Origin: Acidobacteriota bacterium
GTDB taxonomy: Bacteria; Acidobacteriota; Vicinamibacteria; Vicinamibacterales; UBA8438
Length of the DNA: 64,000 nt
Assembly: GCA_026708265.1 (NCBI GenBank)
Contig: JAPOVI010000309.1
Span: 12,949 to 76,948 of the forward strand
Direction of reading: 5' to 3'
Of the stretch, positions 8,361-17,652 are shown one piece after another. The position numbers were made by a program, and so were the translations under genes. The notes under the pieces are model-generated. The model saw nothing but the letters and a program-made list of their open reading frames with translations. It had not been told where the DNA came from and searched no databases. Every line of letters starts with the position of its first letter. Within the stretch, counting starts at the first letter, position 1.

Positions 8361-8387
8361 CGCCTGGGCCTTCGCCCGGTTGGGTTG

Positions 8388-9905
8388 ATGCCGGCTCCTG
8401 AACGGCCACGCTTCGCGCTCTCCCGCGCGCTGTTCCTGCGCCTTCTCGGCGTGGTCTACGGCGTTGCGTTCCTGTCGCTCGCGCCACAGCTTCCCGGTCT
8501 GGTCGGCTCGGAGGGCCTGCTGCCCGCCGCGGCGTACCTGGAGCGGGTCTACGAGGTGCAGGGCGCGGAGGCGTACTACCGGCTCCCGACGCTGCTCTGG
8601 CTGTGGCCGGGCGACGCGCTGCTCCTGGGGCTCTGCTGGGCCGGCATCGTCCTGTCGGCCGCCGCCGTGGCGGGCCTCGCGCCGATCGCCACCTTCGCCG
8701 CGCTCTGGCTCTGCTATCTCTCCCTGACGGTCGCGGGCCAGGACTTTCTCTCGTTCCAATGGGACGTGCTGCTGCTCGAGGCCGGCCTCCTCGCCGTCGT
8801 GTACGCCCCGGCGGGCCGGCGCATCGGCCTCGGATCGGCTCCCGAGCCCGGCGTCGCGGCGCGATGGCTGGTGTGGGGGCTCGCCTTCAAGCTGACCTTC
8901 CTTTCCGGCATCACCAAGCTGCTGAGCGGCGACGAGACCTGGTGGGGGCTGACGGCGCTCCGCTACCACTACGAGACGCAGCCCATCCCGACGTGGGTGG
9001 GTTGGTACGCGCACCAGGCGCCCGCGTGGATCGCGACGCTCTCGACCGCCGTGATGTTCGCCATCGAGCTCGGGGCCCCCTTCGTCATCCTGCTACCGTC
9101 CCGATTCCGGCGGGTCCGCCTGACCGGCTTCGCGCTCCTCTGCCTGCTGCAGGCGCTGATTGCGGCGACCGGCAACTACGGATTCTTCAACCTCCTGACG
9201 GTGGTGCTCTACCTGTCGCTCCTCGACGACGCGACCCTCGGGCGCTTTCTGCCCGGCCTGGGCGCGCATCGCCTCGAGCCGCCCCCGGCGCGGGGGAACT
9301 CGCTCTCGCGGCGGGCGGTGCCGTCGCGCTGGCGGCGAGCGGCAGTCGGGGTCGTGGCCTCGGCCCTCGCGGCGGCGAGCGCCTACACCTTCGTACGCGA
9401 GATCCGCCGGCCGGAACCGATGCCGGAGTGGTCGGCGGCGGCGTTCGGGTGGGTCGCGCCCTTCCGCTCGGTGAATGGCTACGGGTTGTTCCGCACGATG
9501 ACCGTGGAGCGCCCGGAGATCGTCGTCGAGGGGAGCGCCGACGGCATCACCTGGACGGAGTATCCGTTCCGGTGGAAGGCGGGCGACCCGAATCGTGCCC
9601 CGGGTTTCGTGCAGCCGCACATGCCGCGTCTCGACTGGCAGATGTGGTTCGCCGCGCTCGGCCCGCGCGCCGAGGCACACTGGCTGCTCCCGCTGGCGGG
9701 CCATCTGCTGGATCCGCCACCCGCCGTGCTCGCGTTGCTCGACGACGACAACAACCCGTTCGCCGACGAGCCCCCGCGATTCGTCCGCCTCGCCCTGTAC
9801 GACTATCGGTTCACGACACTGGCCGAGGGCACGGGCGACGCCTGGTGGCGGAGGGAGCTGATCGCCTACCTCACCGAGCCGATCGCGCGAGGCGATCTCC
9901 GATAG
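8388..9905 (+). CDS. lipase maturation factor (LMF1) family membrane protein
   Basis: ORF 8346..9905 trimmed to ATG 8388, because the first 14 codons lie inside repeat unit 3. Polytopic membrane protein. NGYGLFRTMTVERPEIVVEGSADGITWTEYPFRWKAGDP and PHMPRLDWQMWFAALG are LMF1-type motifs. Confidence 0.8.
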   Translation: MPAPERPRFALSRALFLRLLGVVYGVAFLSLAPQLPGLVGSEGLLPAAAYLERVYEVQGAEAYYRLPTLLWLWPGDALLLGLCWAGIVLSAAAVAGLAPIATFAALWLCYLSLTVAGQDFLSFQWDVLLLEAGLLAVVYAPAGRRIGLGSAPEPGVAARWLVWGLAFKLTFLSGITKLLSGDETWWGLTALRYHYETQPIPTWVGWYAHQAPAWIATLSTAVMFAIELGAPFVILLPSRFRRVRLTGFALLCLLQALIAATGNYGFFNLLTVVLYLSLLDDATLGRFLPGLGAHRLEPPPARGNSLSRRAVPSRWRRAAVGVVASALAAASAYTFVREIRRPEPMPEWSAAAFGWVAPFRSVNGYGLFRTMTVERPEIVVEGSADGITWTEYPFRWKAGDPNRAPGFVQPHMPRLDWQMWFAALGPRAEAHWLLPLAGHLLDPPPAVLALLDDDNNPFADEPPRFVRLALYDYRFTTLAEGTGDAWWRRELIAYLTEPIARGDLR

Positions 9906-9976
9906 CGAGCGCGCTCGCGAAGGTCAGGCGGCCGGCGCCGCGTCGTGTCTGGCGGCGTGACCGCCGGTCGCTCACG

Positions 9977-9998
9977 GCGCGCCCGAAAGGGGGCGCGC
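9977..9998. terminator. GC hairpin between convergent genes
   Basis: GCGCGCCC (9977-9984), loop GAAAGG, GGGCGCGC (9991-9998). The 14-nt palindrome GCGAGCGCGCTCGC lies nearby, immediately after the LMF1 stop codon. No U-tract. Confidence 0.4.
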
Positions 9999-10083
9999 GG
10001 TACGCTCGGCCTGCACGTCCCCTCGACGGGTCCGGCGTTGACCTTCGAACCAGCAGCAGCCCGTCGACGGTTCCCCGCCGTCG

Positions 10084-11280
10084 TCAGTGCTCGGATCCCA
10101 CGCGGAACTTCTGCCGGCTGGCGATGTCGGCCAGCGCGGCCCGCGCATGTTGCGCGGTCTCCGGGTGCGGGTCGCAGTCGAACACGGCCACCAGGTGCTG
10201 GTAGGCGGCGGCCGGCTGGTGCTGGGCGTGGAGCTGCACGAGGCCGGCACCGAGGTGCGCCTCGGCCGCGTAGGGACCCAGCGGGTAGTCCCGGAGGTGA
10301 CGCTGGTAGACGACCAGCGCGGCCGCGGGGTGCCCGTGGTTGGCCAGCCAGTTGCTCAGCGAGATCGAGTCGTCCGCCGCCAGCGCCCGCCGGCTCAGCT
10401 CGGACGGTACCTGGAAGTACGCGTCGGCGGCCTCGTCGTAGCGGCCGCCGCTCATCAGGCGCGCGACCTTCTCCCGGGCGGCGGCGACGGAGTCAGCCGG
10501 TGTCGCGGCCGGCGCGCGCCGATACTCCTGCGGGCCGACCTGCACGCCGCGCCGCTCGGCCCACCATGCCGAGCCGAGGCCGGCCAGGAAGCCGCCGATG
10601 TGGGCGCCGTAGGCGACCCCGCCCCCCTCCTCGATGCCGCGGCTGGCCAGGAACGGGAACAGGTTCTGGACGATGAGGTAGATCCCGAGCACCAGCCGCG
10701 CCGGCGCGTAGAAGATGTGCATGAGCGGAAACATCACCAGCAGCCGCACGCGATTCCGCGGGAACCAGATGAAGTAGTAGCCGAGCACGCCGGAGATGGC
10801 TCCCGAGGCGCCCACGACCGGCACGACCGAGCGCGCGTCGAGGACCGAGTGCACCAGCGTGGCGGCCAGGCCCGTCGCCAGGTAGGCGAGAAGGAACCGC
10901 ACGGGGCCGAGCCGGTGCTCGACGTTGTCGCCGTAGATCCACAGGAAGAGCATGTTCCCCGCCAGGTGCATGAGGCCCCCGTGGAGGAACATCGATGTGA
11001 AGAGCGCCGTGAGCTCCGGCTCCGCCGGGCGGTAGCCGAAGCGGAAAACGACCAGGTCGTACGCCGAGATCTGCTGCAGGAAGTCGTCCAGGGACATGCG
11101 CGACAGGTAGCGGGCGAAGAGCTGGACGTACTCCAGCACGCGCGGGTCGTCGAAGTCCGGCCGAACCGCGCTGAGGGGCAGCGTCACGAAACAGTAGACG
11201 GCCACGTTGACGCCGATCAGGCTGTAGGTGACGACGGGGGCGCCGCGGGGATTCGGCTCGTCGCCCAGTGGCAGGAACAT
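10084..11280 (-). CDS. rhomboid family intramembrane serine protease with C-terminal TPR-like extension
   Basis: The 982-aa ORF 10084..13032 is trimmed to ATG 11280 (MFLPLGDEPNP). FLHGGLMHLAGNMLFLWIYG, GASGAISGVLG (GxSG) and GAHIGGFLAG (catalytic His) are rhomboid motifs. The upstream part of the ORF is antisense to other genes. Confidence 0.85.
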   Translation of the reverse strand: MFLPLGDEPNPRGAPVVTYSLIGVNVAVYCFVTLPLSAVRPDFDDPRVLEYVQLFARYLSRMSLDDFLQQISAYDLVVFRFGYRPAEPELTALFTSMFLHGGLMHLAGNMLFLWIYGDNVEHRLGPVRFLLAYLATGLAATLVHSVLDARSVVPVVGASGAISGVLGYYFIWFPRNRVRLLVMFPLMHIFYAPARLVLGIYLIVQNLFPFLASRGIEEGGGVAYGAHIGGFLAGLGSAWWAERRGVQVGPQEYRRAPAATPADSVAAAREKVARLMSGGRYDEAADAYFQVPSELSRRALAADDSISLSNWLANHGHPAAALVVYQRHLRDYPLGPYAAEAHLGAGLVQLHAQHQPAAAYQHLVAVFDCDPHPETAQHARAALADIASRQKFRVGSEH

Positions 11281-11348
11281 GGGTTGCAGAACGGCGCTGG
11301 CCCGCGCTCGACGGCGGGCGGAAACGGCGCCGCCACGGCTCCTCGATC

Positions 11349-11780
11349 TTACACGCCGCCTCCGCCCCGGCTGTCGTCGCCTGCGGCCGCCAGCGTTTCC
11401 AGGCGGCGCGCGATCTCGTCGCGGACCTTCCGGAAACGCTGCCGGCGCTCCTCTTCGCTTCCCGCCGCCCCCGCCGGGTCCGGAAGGGGCCAGTGCAGAC
11501 GGCGCGCAGCGCCCGGGAACGCGGGACAGACCTCGTCCGCGCAGAGGGTGACGACCGTGCCGACGCGGGCCGGATCGACGGCGTCGACGCAGGTCGACTC
11601 CTGGCCCGAGATGTCGACGCCGATCTCGGCCATCACGGAGACCGCGAGGGGATTGACCCGCGACGGCTGCGACCCCGCGCTCTCGACGGGGACGCCCGAA
11701 CCGAAGCGGGCCCGCGCCAGACCTTCCGCCATCTGGCTGCGCGCCGAATTGGCGACGCAGAGGAACAGGATGCTCTTCAT
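11349..11780 (-). CDS. arsC: arsenate reductase / low-molecular-weight phosphatase family (thioredoxin-coupled type)
   Basis: ORF trimmed to ATG 11780. [20 protein letters not shown] carries the CX5R(S) P-loop, and a downstream TLCADEVCP Cys pair matches Trx-coupled ArsC. Confidence 0.8.
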   Translation of the reverse strand: MKSILFLCVANSARSQMAEGLARARFGSGVPVESAGSQPSRVNPLAVSVMAEIGVDISGQESTCVDAVDPARVGTVVTLCADEVCPAFPGAARRLHWPLPDPAGAAGSEEERRQRFRKVRDEIARRLETLAAAGDDSRGGGGV

Positions 11781-11919
11781 CCGCCCGGGCCTCCCGGCGA
11801 ACCCCGCGCCGGCCCGCCTGCCTGCGTGCATCGTATCCCGCCGCGCCGCCCCGCCCCGCCCCGAGGGTCTTGCGCGGCGGCGCGGCGCGGTCCATCATGG
11901 GCGCTGGAGAGACGAACCC

Positions 11920-12921
11920 ATGCGCCTGCCAGCTTCCGCCGGACCGCTCGTCGTCGCCGCCGCGCTCGCGCTCGCTCCGGCCGCCTCGCCGGCGCGGGCC
12001 CAATCGGGAGATACCTGGACGCCGCCACGGACGGCGGACGGGCAGCCCGACATCCAGGGCGTCTGGACCAACTTCGACCCGACGCCGTTCGAGGCGCCCG
12101 ACGAGGCGGACATCGAGCGGCTGGCCCCGCTGGCGCGGTGGTTCCCCGGCACGAACCAGCCGCCGCGGATGCCGCCCCCGGAGCCGCAGGCCCGGCGCGA
12201 GGTGAGCGGCTTCGCCGACGGGCCCGGCAGCGCCCCCCGCAACACGCGGCGCCGGTCGATGGTCGTCGACCCGCCCAACGGGCGGATCCCGGTCCGCGAC
12301 GAGGCGCGCGCCCGCCGCGACTACAACCTGATCCACCTGACCGACTCGTACATGAACCACACGCCGTGGGAGCGGTGCATCACGCGCGGCGTGCCGGGCG
12401 GAATCTTCCCGCCGGGATACGGGGCCGGCTACCGTATCCTGCAGACGCCGGGCTACGTGGTCATCCAGTACGAGATGATCCACGAGGCCCGCATCATCCC
12501 CCTCGACGGCAGCCCGCACGTGCCGCCCGGCGTCCGTCTGTGGAACGGCGACTCGCGCGGCCGCTGGGAAGGCAATACCCTGGTGGTCGAGGTGACCAAC
12601 TACAACGACAAGGGCGCCATCGCCACCAACATTGCGACGCGCGGCGCCCGCGGCCTGCCGCGGACGGAGTCGCTCCACGTCGTCGAGCGGTTCACGTTCC
12701 GGGACGCCGACACCATCGACTACGAGGTCACGATCGACGACCCCGACATCTACACGAGCCGCTGGCGGGTCGCCATGCCCCTCAACAAGGACCTGACGTA
12801 CGACCTGTTCGAGTACGCCTGCCACGAGGGCAATTACGGCCTCGCCAACAGTCTGAGCGCCGGGCGCGCCGAAGACCGGGAGGCGGCCGAGGCCGCGGCC
12901 TCGGCCGCCAGCGTACGGTAG
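11920..12921 (+). CDS. uncharacterised secreted protein, paralog 1 of a tandem family ('YEYACHEGNY' family)
   Basis: In-frame ATG 11920 after GGAGAG. Signal peptide MRLPASAGPLVVAAALALAPAASPARAQ. Shared motifs: WTPPRTADGQPDIQGVWT, VVDPPNGRIP, ERCI, LQTPGYVVIQYEMIHEARIIPLDG, RGRWEGNTLVVEVTN, ERFTF.DADTIDYEVT and FEYACHEGNYGL. Confidence 0.75.
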   Translation: MRLPASAGPLVVAAALALAPAASPARAQSGDTWTPPRTADGQPDIQGVWTNFDPTPFEAPDEADIERLAPLARWFPGTNQPPRMPPPEPQARREVSGFADGPGSAPRNTRRRSMVVDPPNGRIPVRDEARARRDYNLIHLTDSYMNHTPWERCITRGVPGGIFPPGYGAGYRILQTPGYVVIQYEMIHEARIIPLDGSPHVPPGVRLWNGDSRGRWEGNTLVVEVTNYNDKGAIATNIATRGARGLPRTESLHVVERFTFRDADTIDYEVTIDDPDIYTSRWRVAMPLNKDLTYDLFEYACHEGNYGLANSLSAGRAEDREAAEAAASAASVR

Positions 12922-13016
12922 CAGACTCCAGCGAGTGCGTTCCCGGGTGCCGGCGCGGGCGCGGCGGCAGGAGCCGGCAGGCCCCGGAGGACGCACGGGA
13001 AGGCAGGAGAGCAACG

Positions 13017-14114
13017 ATGCGGAATCGACCACGCGCCGTCGTTGACGTTGCCGTCGTGACCGTCGCCGCGGTCGCGGTCAGCCTGCTGCTGGCGCCGGGC
13101 GCCGCGGCGGGACAGGCCCTGGCCGGGCAGTCCCCCGCCGACGGCTGGACGCCGCCACGGACTCCGTGGGGGCATCCCGACCTCCAGGGCGCCTACACGA
13201 ACAAGACCATCACTCCCATCGAGCGGCCCGCGGACCGGGCCGCGCAGGAGTTCCTGACCGCCGAGGAGGCAGCCACGCTGGAACGGGAGGTCCTCGAGCG
13301 GAACCAGGAGCTGCTGGACCGGCCGGCGCAGCGGACCGCGGCGACCGCGAGCGTCGACGTCGGCGTCGACGGGGCGCCCGGCTTCTACAACAACTTCTGG
13401 CTGGACCGGGGCACGACGTCGACGGGGCGGACGTCCATCATCGTCGATCCGCCCGACGGCCGGGTCCCGCCCCTGACGCCGGAAGCGCAGCGCCGCGAGG
13501 ATGCTCGCGTTGCCGCGCGCGGCATGCGCGGTCCTGCCGACACCTGGACCGACATGGACCTCAACGACCGCTGCATGCTCTGGTCGGTGGGGCCGCCGAT
13601 GCTCCCGACCGGCTACAACAACAACTACCTCTTCCTGCAGACGCCCGACCACGTCGTGATCCACGTCGAGATGATCCACGACACGCGGATCATCCCGCTC
13701 GACGGCCGGGCGCGGATCGGGCGGCAGGTCCCGCAGTGGCTGGGCCAGATGCGCGGGCGCTGGGAGGGCGACACCCTCGTCGTCGAGACGACGCACCTCG
13801 CCACTACGGAGGAGGGCTCCGCGTTCGGCAACGACCCGGTGCGCATCCGGGCCGCGAACGGCGGCGCCGGCGGCGGCATCCGCATCGTGGAGCGCTTCAC
13901 GCGCGTCGCCGAAGACACGATCCGCTACCAGTTCACGGTCGAGGACCCGTCGCGCTGGACACGGCCCTGGTCGGGCGAGTTGCCGATGCGGACGGCCGAC
14001 GGGCCGCTCTTCGAGTACGCCTGCCACGAGGGAAACTACAGCATCGCCAACGTCCTGAGCGGCGAGCGCGCGAGGGAACGCGAGGCGGTAGCCGAGACGG
14101 GAGGTTCCAGATGA
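13017..14114 (+). CDS. uncharacterised secreted protein, paralog 2 of the same family
   Basis: ATG 13017 after AGGAGA. Signal-like N-terminus. Carries WTPPRTPWGHPDLQGAYT, IIVDPPDGRVP, DRCM, LQTPDHVVIHVEMIHDTRIIPLDG, RGRWEGDTLVVETTH and FEYACHEGNYSIANVLSGERA. Confidence 0.75.
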   Translation: MRNRPRAVVDVAVVTVAAVAVSLLLAPGAAAGQALAGQSPADGWTPPRTPWGHPDLQGAYTNKTITPIERPADRAAQEFLTAEEAATLEREVLERNQELLDRPAQRTAATASVDVGVDGAPGFYNNFWLDRGTTSTGRTSIIVDPPDGRVPPLTPEAQRREDARVAARGMRGPADTWTDMDLNDRCMLWSVGPPMLPTGYNNNYLFLQTPDHVVIHVEMIHDTRIIPLDGRARIGRQVPQWLGQMRGRWEGDTLVVETTHLATTEEGSAFGNDPVRIRAANGGAGGGIRIVERFTRVAEDTIRYQFTVEDPSRWTRPWSGELPMRTADGPLFEYACHEGNYSIANVLSGERAREREAVAETGGSR

Positions 14115-15133
14115 TCGGACTTCGCACGAGCCATCGAGGGACGGGCGGGGCGGGGGCGCGCGTGCTGCTGCCGGCCTTGGCCGCGTCCGCGTTGCTGCTG
14201 GCGCCGGCGGCGACCAGCGGACAGGAGACCCTGCGCACGGCATGGGGTGATCCCGACCTGCAAGGCGTGTGGACCGGGTCGACCCTGACTCCCCTGGAGC
14301 GGCCGGCGCAGCTCGCGGGTCAGGTCTACCTGACGGAGGAGGAAGCGGCGGCCCTGGAGCTCCGGGCGGACGAGTCCCGCTTCGTCGAGCGCACCCCGCG
14401 CGAGGGCGACCCCGGCACCTACAACCAGATCTGGTTCGACCCGGGCCTGCGCACCGTCCCCGACCGGCGCACGGCGCTGATCGTCGATCCGCCGGAAGCG
14501 CGCGTGCCCTACACGGCGGAGATGCGGGAGCGGGAGCGCCTGCAGGTGGCGTACCGCGTCAACGGAGCCCGCAACTCGTGGGTCGACGTCGACACCGGGG
14601 AGCGCTGCATCGGCGACGGCCTGCCCATGTTCTGGCTCGGCTACAACCCGAACCACCAGTTCCTGCAGACCCCGGACCACGTCGTGATCGTGCACGAAAT
14701 GTTCCGCGAGCGGCGCATCATCCCGCTCGACGCGGACGGCCCGCGACGCGGCATCCGCCAGTGGAACGGCGAGACCCGCGGGCACTGGGAAGGCGACACC
14801 CTGGTCGTCGAATCGACGCACTTCGTCGACGGCACGGACGAGCGGTGGGCCGCGACGTGGCGCATGCCGACCGAGACCATGCACCTCGTCGAGCGCTTCC
14901 GGCGCGTCGACGCGGACACGCTCGAGTACGAGTTCACGCTGACCGACCCCGCCAAGTTCACGCGCCCCTGGACGGTCCGGCTGCCGCTCACGACCAACCA
15001 GGCGTCGCGCGGGGTGACCGAAGGCCCGCTCTACGAGTACGCGTGCCACGAGGGGAACTACAGCATCGTCAACGTGCTGAGCGGCGCGCGCGCCGAGGAG
15101 CGGGACGCGGACGCCGGAGGCGGGTCCCACTGA
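14111..15133 (+). CDS. uncharacterised secreted protein, paralog 3 of the same family
   Basis: ATG 14111 overlaps the paralog-2 stop (ATGA). Carries RTAWGDPDLQGVWTG, LIVDPPEARVP, ERCI, LQTPDHVVIVHEMFRERRIIPLD, RGHWEGDTLVVESTH and YEYACHEGNYSIVNVLSGARA. Confidence 0.75.
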   Translation: MIGLRTSHRGTGGAGARVLLPALAASALLLAPAATSGQETLRTAWGDPDLQGVWTGSTLTPLERPAQLAGQVYLTEEEAAALELRADESRFVERTPREGDPGTYNQIWFDPGLRTVPDRRTALIVDPPEARVPYTAEMRERERLQVAYRVNGARNSWVDVDTGERCIGDGLPMFWLGYNPNHQFLQTPDHVVIVHEMFRERRIIPLDADGPRRGIRQWNGETRGHWEGDTLVVESTHFVDGTDERWAATWRMPTETMHLVERFRRVDADTLEYEFTLTDPAKFTRPWTVRLPLTTNQASRGVTEGPLYEYACHEGNYSIVNVLSGARAEERDADAGGGSH

Positions 15134-15208
15134 GGCCGGGGAACCTGACGCTTGCGCGCCGGGGGCCTGCGACGACCACGCGGCGCGGGCCAGGTCGGGG
15201 ACGGAAAC

Positions 15209-15252
15209 GACGATGGGCCGGCGCTCCCCGAGGGGAACGTCGGCCCATCGTC
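15209..15252. terminator. long perfect hairpin between convergent genes
   Basis: GACGATGGGCCG (15209-15220) pairs perfectly with CGGCCCATCGTC (15241-15252). An inner CCCC/GGGG stem is also present. The hairpin lies between the paralog-3 stop and the epoxide hydrolase stop. Confidence 0.5.
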
Positions 15253-15349
15253 CGTACAGACGGTTCGCGTCCGCGCCGCTGGGCCGGCACGCCGGTCCGA
15301 CGCCGAGCCACGGCGCGCGGCCGGCCCCGTCCGGGCGCCGGAGTTGCCG

Positions 15350-16624
15350 CTACCGGAGGTCGCGGTAGAAGGTCCGGAGGTCCTCGACGAAGAGTTCCGG
15401 TTGCTCGAACGCGGCGAAGTGTCCGCCGCGCGGCATCTCGGTCCAGTGCGTGAGGTTGAACTGCCGCTCGACCCACGCCCGCGGCGGCAGGATGAGCTCC
15501 TGCGGGAAGAGCGCCACGCCGGTCGGGACCTCGACGCGCCCCTCCGGCATGACGATCAGCCCCGCCGCCGACTGGCGTGACGACTCGTAGTAGAGCCGCG
15601 CCGCAGAGGTGGCGGTGCCCGTCACCCAGTAGAGCATGATGTTGGTGAGCAACTGGTCCTTCGTGAAGATCGTCTCGGGGTTGCCGCTGCAGTCGCACCA
15701 GCTCTGGAACTTCTCGACGATCCACCCCGCCAGACCCGCCGGCGAGTCGTTGAGGCCGTAGCCGAGCGTCTGGGGCTTCGTGCCCTGGATGGCGGCGTAG
15801 GCGAACCCGTCGCCCAGCTCCGCCTGCCGCGCCTGCATCCGGGCCAGCTCTTCCGGAGTCGCCCCGCCCGTCGGGTCGTCCGAATCGGCGGGCGGTCCGG
15901 CGAAGACCATGTTCAGGTGCAGGCCCGCCACGTGCTGCGCGTGCCTGGCGGCGATCCAGGTGCTGACGGCGGCGCCCCAGTCACCCCCCTGCGCGCCGTA
16001 GCGCTCGTAGCCGAGGCGCGCCATCAACTGCGCGTTGATGTCCGCGATCTGCTGCGGCCCCATGCCCGGCACGCGCGGCTTGTCCGAGAAGCCGTAGCCG
16101 GGCATCGACGGGGCGACGACGTGGAACGCATCCGCGGCGTCCCCGCCGTGCGCGACCGGGTCGGTCAGCGGCCCGATCACCTCCAGGAACTCGACGACGG
16201 AGCCCGGCCAGCCGTGCGTGATGACGATCGGCAGCGCGTCCGGCTCCGGCGAGCGCTGGTGGATGAAGTGGATGTCGAGGCCGTCGATGCGCGTCGTGTA
16301 GTGGTCGAGGGCGTTCAGCCGCCGCTCCTGCTCGCGCCAGTCGTACTCGTCCCGCCAGTAGTCGACGAGCTGCCGCAGGTAGGCGATGTCCGTCCCGTAG
16401 ACCCAGGGGTCGCCCACCTGGTCCGGGAACCGCGTCGCGGCCAGGCGGACGCGGAGGTCGGCGAGCACTGCGTCCGGCACGGAGACCTCGAACGGCCGGA
16501 TCTCGGTCATTCCCGCTTCCTGTCCGGCGGCCGGCGCCGCCGCCGGCTGCGCCGCGAACGCCATCGCCATCCCCACGGCCGCCAGCGCGCACGCCAGCGC
16601 CCCACTCAAGTACCGATTCCTCAT
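15350..16624 (-). CDS. epoxide hydrolase (EHN N-terminal domain plus alpha/beta hydrolase), exported
   Basis: A signal peptide is followed by IRPFEVSVPDAVLADLRVRLAATRFP, DYWRDEYDWREQERRLN, IHFIHQRS and ITHGWPGSVVEF. These are typical of microsomal-type epoxide hydrolases. Confidence 0.85.
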   Translation of the reverse strand: MRNRYLSGALACALAAVGMAMAFAAQPAAAPAAGQEAGMTEIRPFEVSVPDAVLADLRVRLAATRFPDQVGDPWVYGTDIAYLRQLVDYWRDEYDWREQERRLNALDHYTTRIDGLDIHFIHQRSPEPDALPIVITHGWPGSVVEFLEVIGPLTDPVAHGGDAADAFHVVAPSMPGYGFSDKPRVPGMGPQQIADINAQLMARLGYERYGAQGGDWGAAVSTWIAARHAQHVAGLHLNMVFAGPPADSDDPTGGATPEELARMQARQAELGDGFAYAAIQGTKPQTLGYGLNDSPAGLAGWIVEKFQSWCDCSGNPETIFTKDQLLTNIMLYWVTGTATSAARLYYESSRQSAAGLIVMPEGRVEVPTGVALFPQELILPPRAWVERQFNLTHWTEMPRGGHFAAFEQPELFVEDLRTFYRDLR

Positions 16625-16717
16625 CTTCTCCCCTTCGCTGAACGCCGGCTCCGGGATGGCCCGGGTCGAGCCGCCGGGCGACGCGCCGGATTATCCCACG
16701 TCGCCGGCGACCTTGAG

Positions 16718-16755
16718 CGGATGCCCGGATGCCCGGAGCCCGGATGCCCGGAACC
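16718..16755. repeat. imperfect 8-bp microsatellite (CGGATGCC)n
   Basis: CGGATGCC CGGATGCC CGGAGCC CGGATGCC CGGAACC, in the spacer upstream of the epoxide hydrolase gene. Confidence 0.6.
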
Positions 16756-16775
16756 ACCGCCCGATGGCGAGTCGT

Positions 16776-16805
16776 CCGCGGCCGCGAGCGGTCATCCGGC
16801 CGCGG
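16776..16805 (-). terminator. hairpin directly after the cupin gene stop
   Basis: CCGCGGCCG (16776-16784) pairs with CGGCCGCGG (16797-16805) around a 12-nt loop. The stem starts 4 nt after the stop codon at 16810. Confidence 0.4.
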
Positions 16806-16809
16806 CCGG

Positions 16810-17547
16810 TCAGGCCCGCTGCCGGATCGGGACGAGCACGGCCACCCAGTAGACCGGCTCGCTCGTCGGGTTCCGCCACGCGTGCATCGTGTTGCGCTGG
16901 ATCACCACGTCGCCGGGATGCACCGTCACCTCTTCCTTGTCGAGCACCAGCACCAGCTCGCCGCCGAGCAGCACGTTCATGTCGACGGTCTCCGTCCGGT
17001 GCCACCCGAGGGGCGCGTCCGGCGGCGTCGGCGGGAGCGTCACGAAGTGGAAGTTGGCGCCCCCCACGGCCGGTTCGAGCTGCGGCGAGTCGGTTGGCAG
17101 GAGCTCGCGCGGAACGGGCTCGGGCCCGGCGCCGAACGGATCGTTGCCGGTCGTCCGAAACACGTTCGGGAAGCTCCCCGAAACCCGTTCGTCGCTGACG
17201 ACGTACGACTGGCCCTCCGCGTCGTGACCCGTGACGATGCACCGCATGCCTTCCGGGAGCTGGATCCCGGGTGACGGGGCCCCGACGGACTGCGCGTGGA
17301 CGACGCCGGGCGCGCCGGGCGCTGCCGCGCCGAGCAGCGCCCCGGCTGCCGCCGCGCCGAGCGTGCGGCCGATCATCGCGCGCCGGTCGATCCCGGACGT
17401 CGCGGGAGAAAGCCCCGCGAGCGTCCCCTGGGCGAACGGCGCCCCCGGGGACGACGACCCCGCCCGCGGCGAGGGCGGCAGCGACCGCCCCGGAGACGTG
17501 GGCCGGTGCGTTCGTGGGGGGACGACGGATTCCCTGCGATTCGACAT
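16810..17547 (-). CDS. cupin domain protein with Tat-like signal
   Basis: IDRRAMIGRTLGAAAAGALLGAAAP is a twin-arginine-type leader. The C-terminal VLLGGELVLVLDKEEVTVHPGDVVIQRNTMHAWRN is a cupin barrel. The start codon is uncertain. Confidence 0.7.
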   Translation of the reverse strand: MSNRRESVVPPRTHRPTSPGRSLPPSPRAGSSSPGAPFAQGTLAGLSPATSGIDRRAMIGRTLGAAAAGALLGAAAPGAPGVVHAQSVGAPSPGIQLPEGMRCIVTGHDAEGQSYVVSDERVSGSFPNVFRTTGNDPFGAGPEPVPRELLPTDSPQLEPAVGGANFHFVTLPPTPPDAPLGWHRTETVDMNVLLGGELVLVLDKEEVTVHPGDVVIQRNTMHAWRNPTSEPVYWVAVLVPIRQRA

Positions 17548-17652
17548 GATGGCTCCTTCTCGTGGGCTGCGGCCGGCTCCTGGCCGGAGGCCACGCCGGT
17601 ATCGGCAGCGCCGGCGCCTTCGCGCGCACCCGCCGTTGCGCCCGGCCTGTTG

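Noticed and set aside
8346-8387. Upstream start (8346) for the LMF1 gene
   Set aside because: The first 14 codons lie inside tandem repeat unit 3. The ATG at 8388 yields a conventional N-terminus (MPAPERPRFALSRALFLRLLGVVYG).
10084-13032. Treating the long ORFs 10084..13032 (-), 10087..12921 (+), 11268..14114 (+), 13166..15133 (+), 46858..49335 (-) and 25421..27421 (-) as single large proteins
   Set aside because: Only the C-terminal part of each has protein-like sequence, beginning at an internal ATG or GTG with an SD-like motif and a signal peptide. The N-terminal extensions are antisense to, or overlap, neighbouring real genes.
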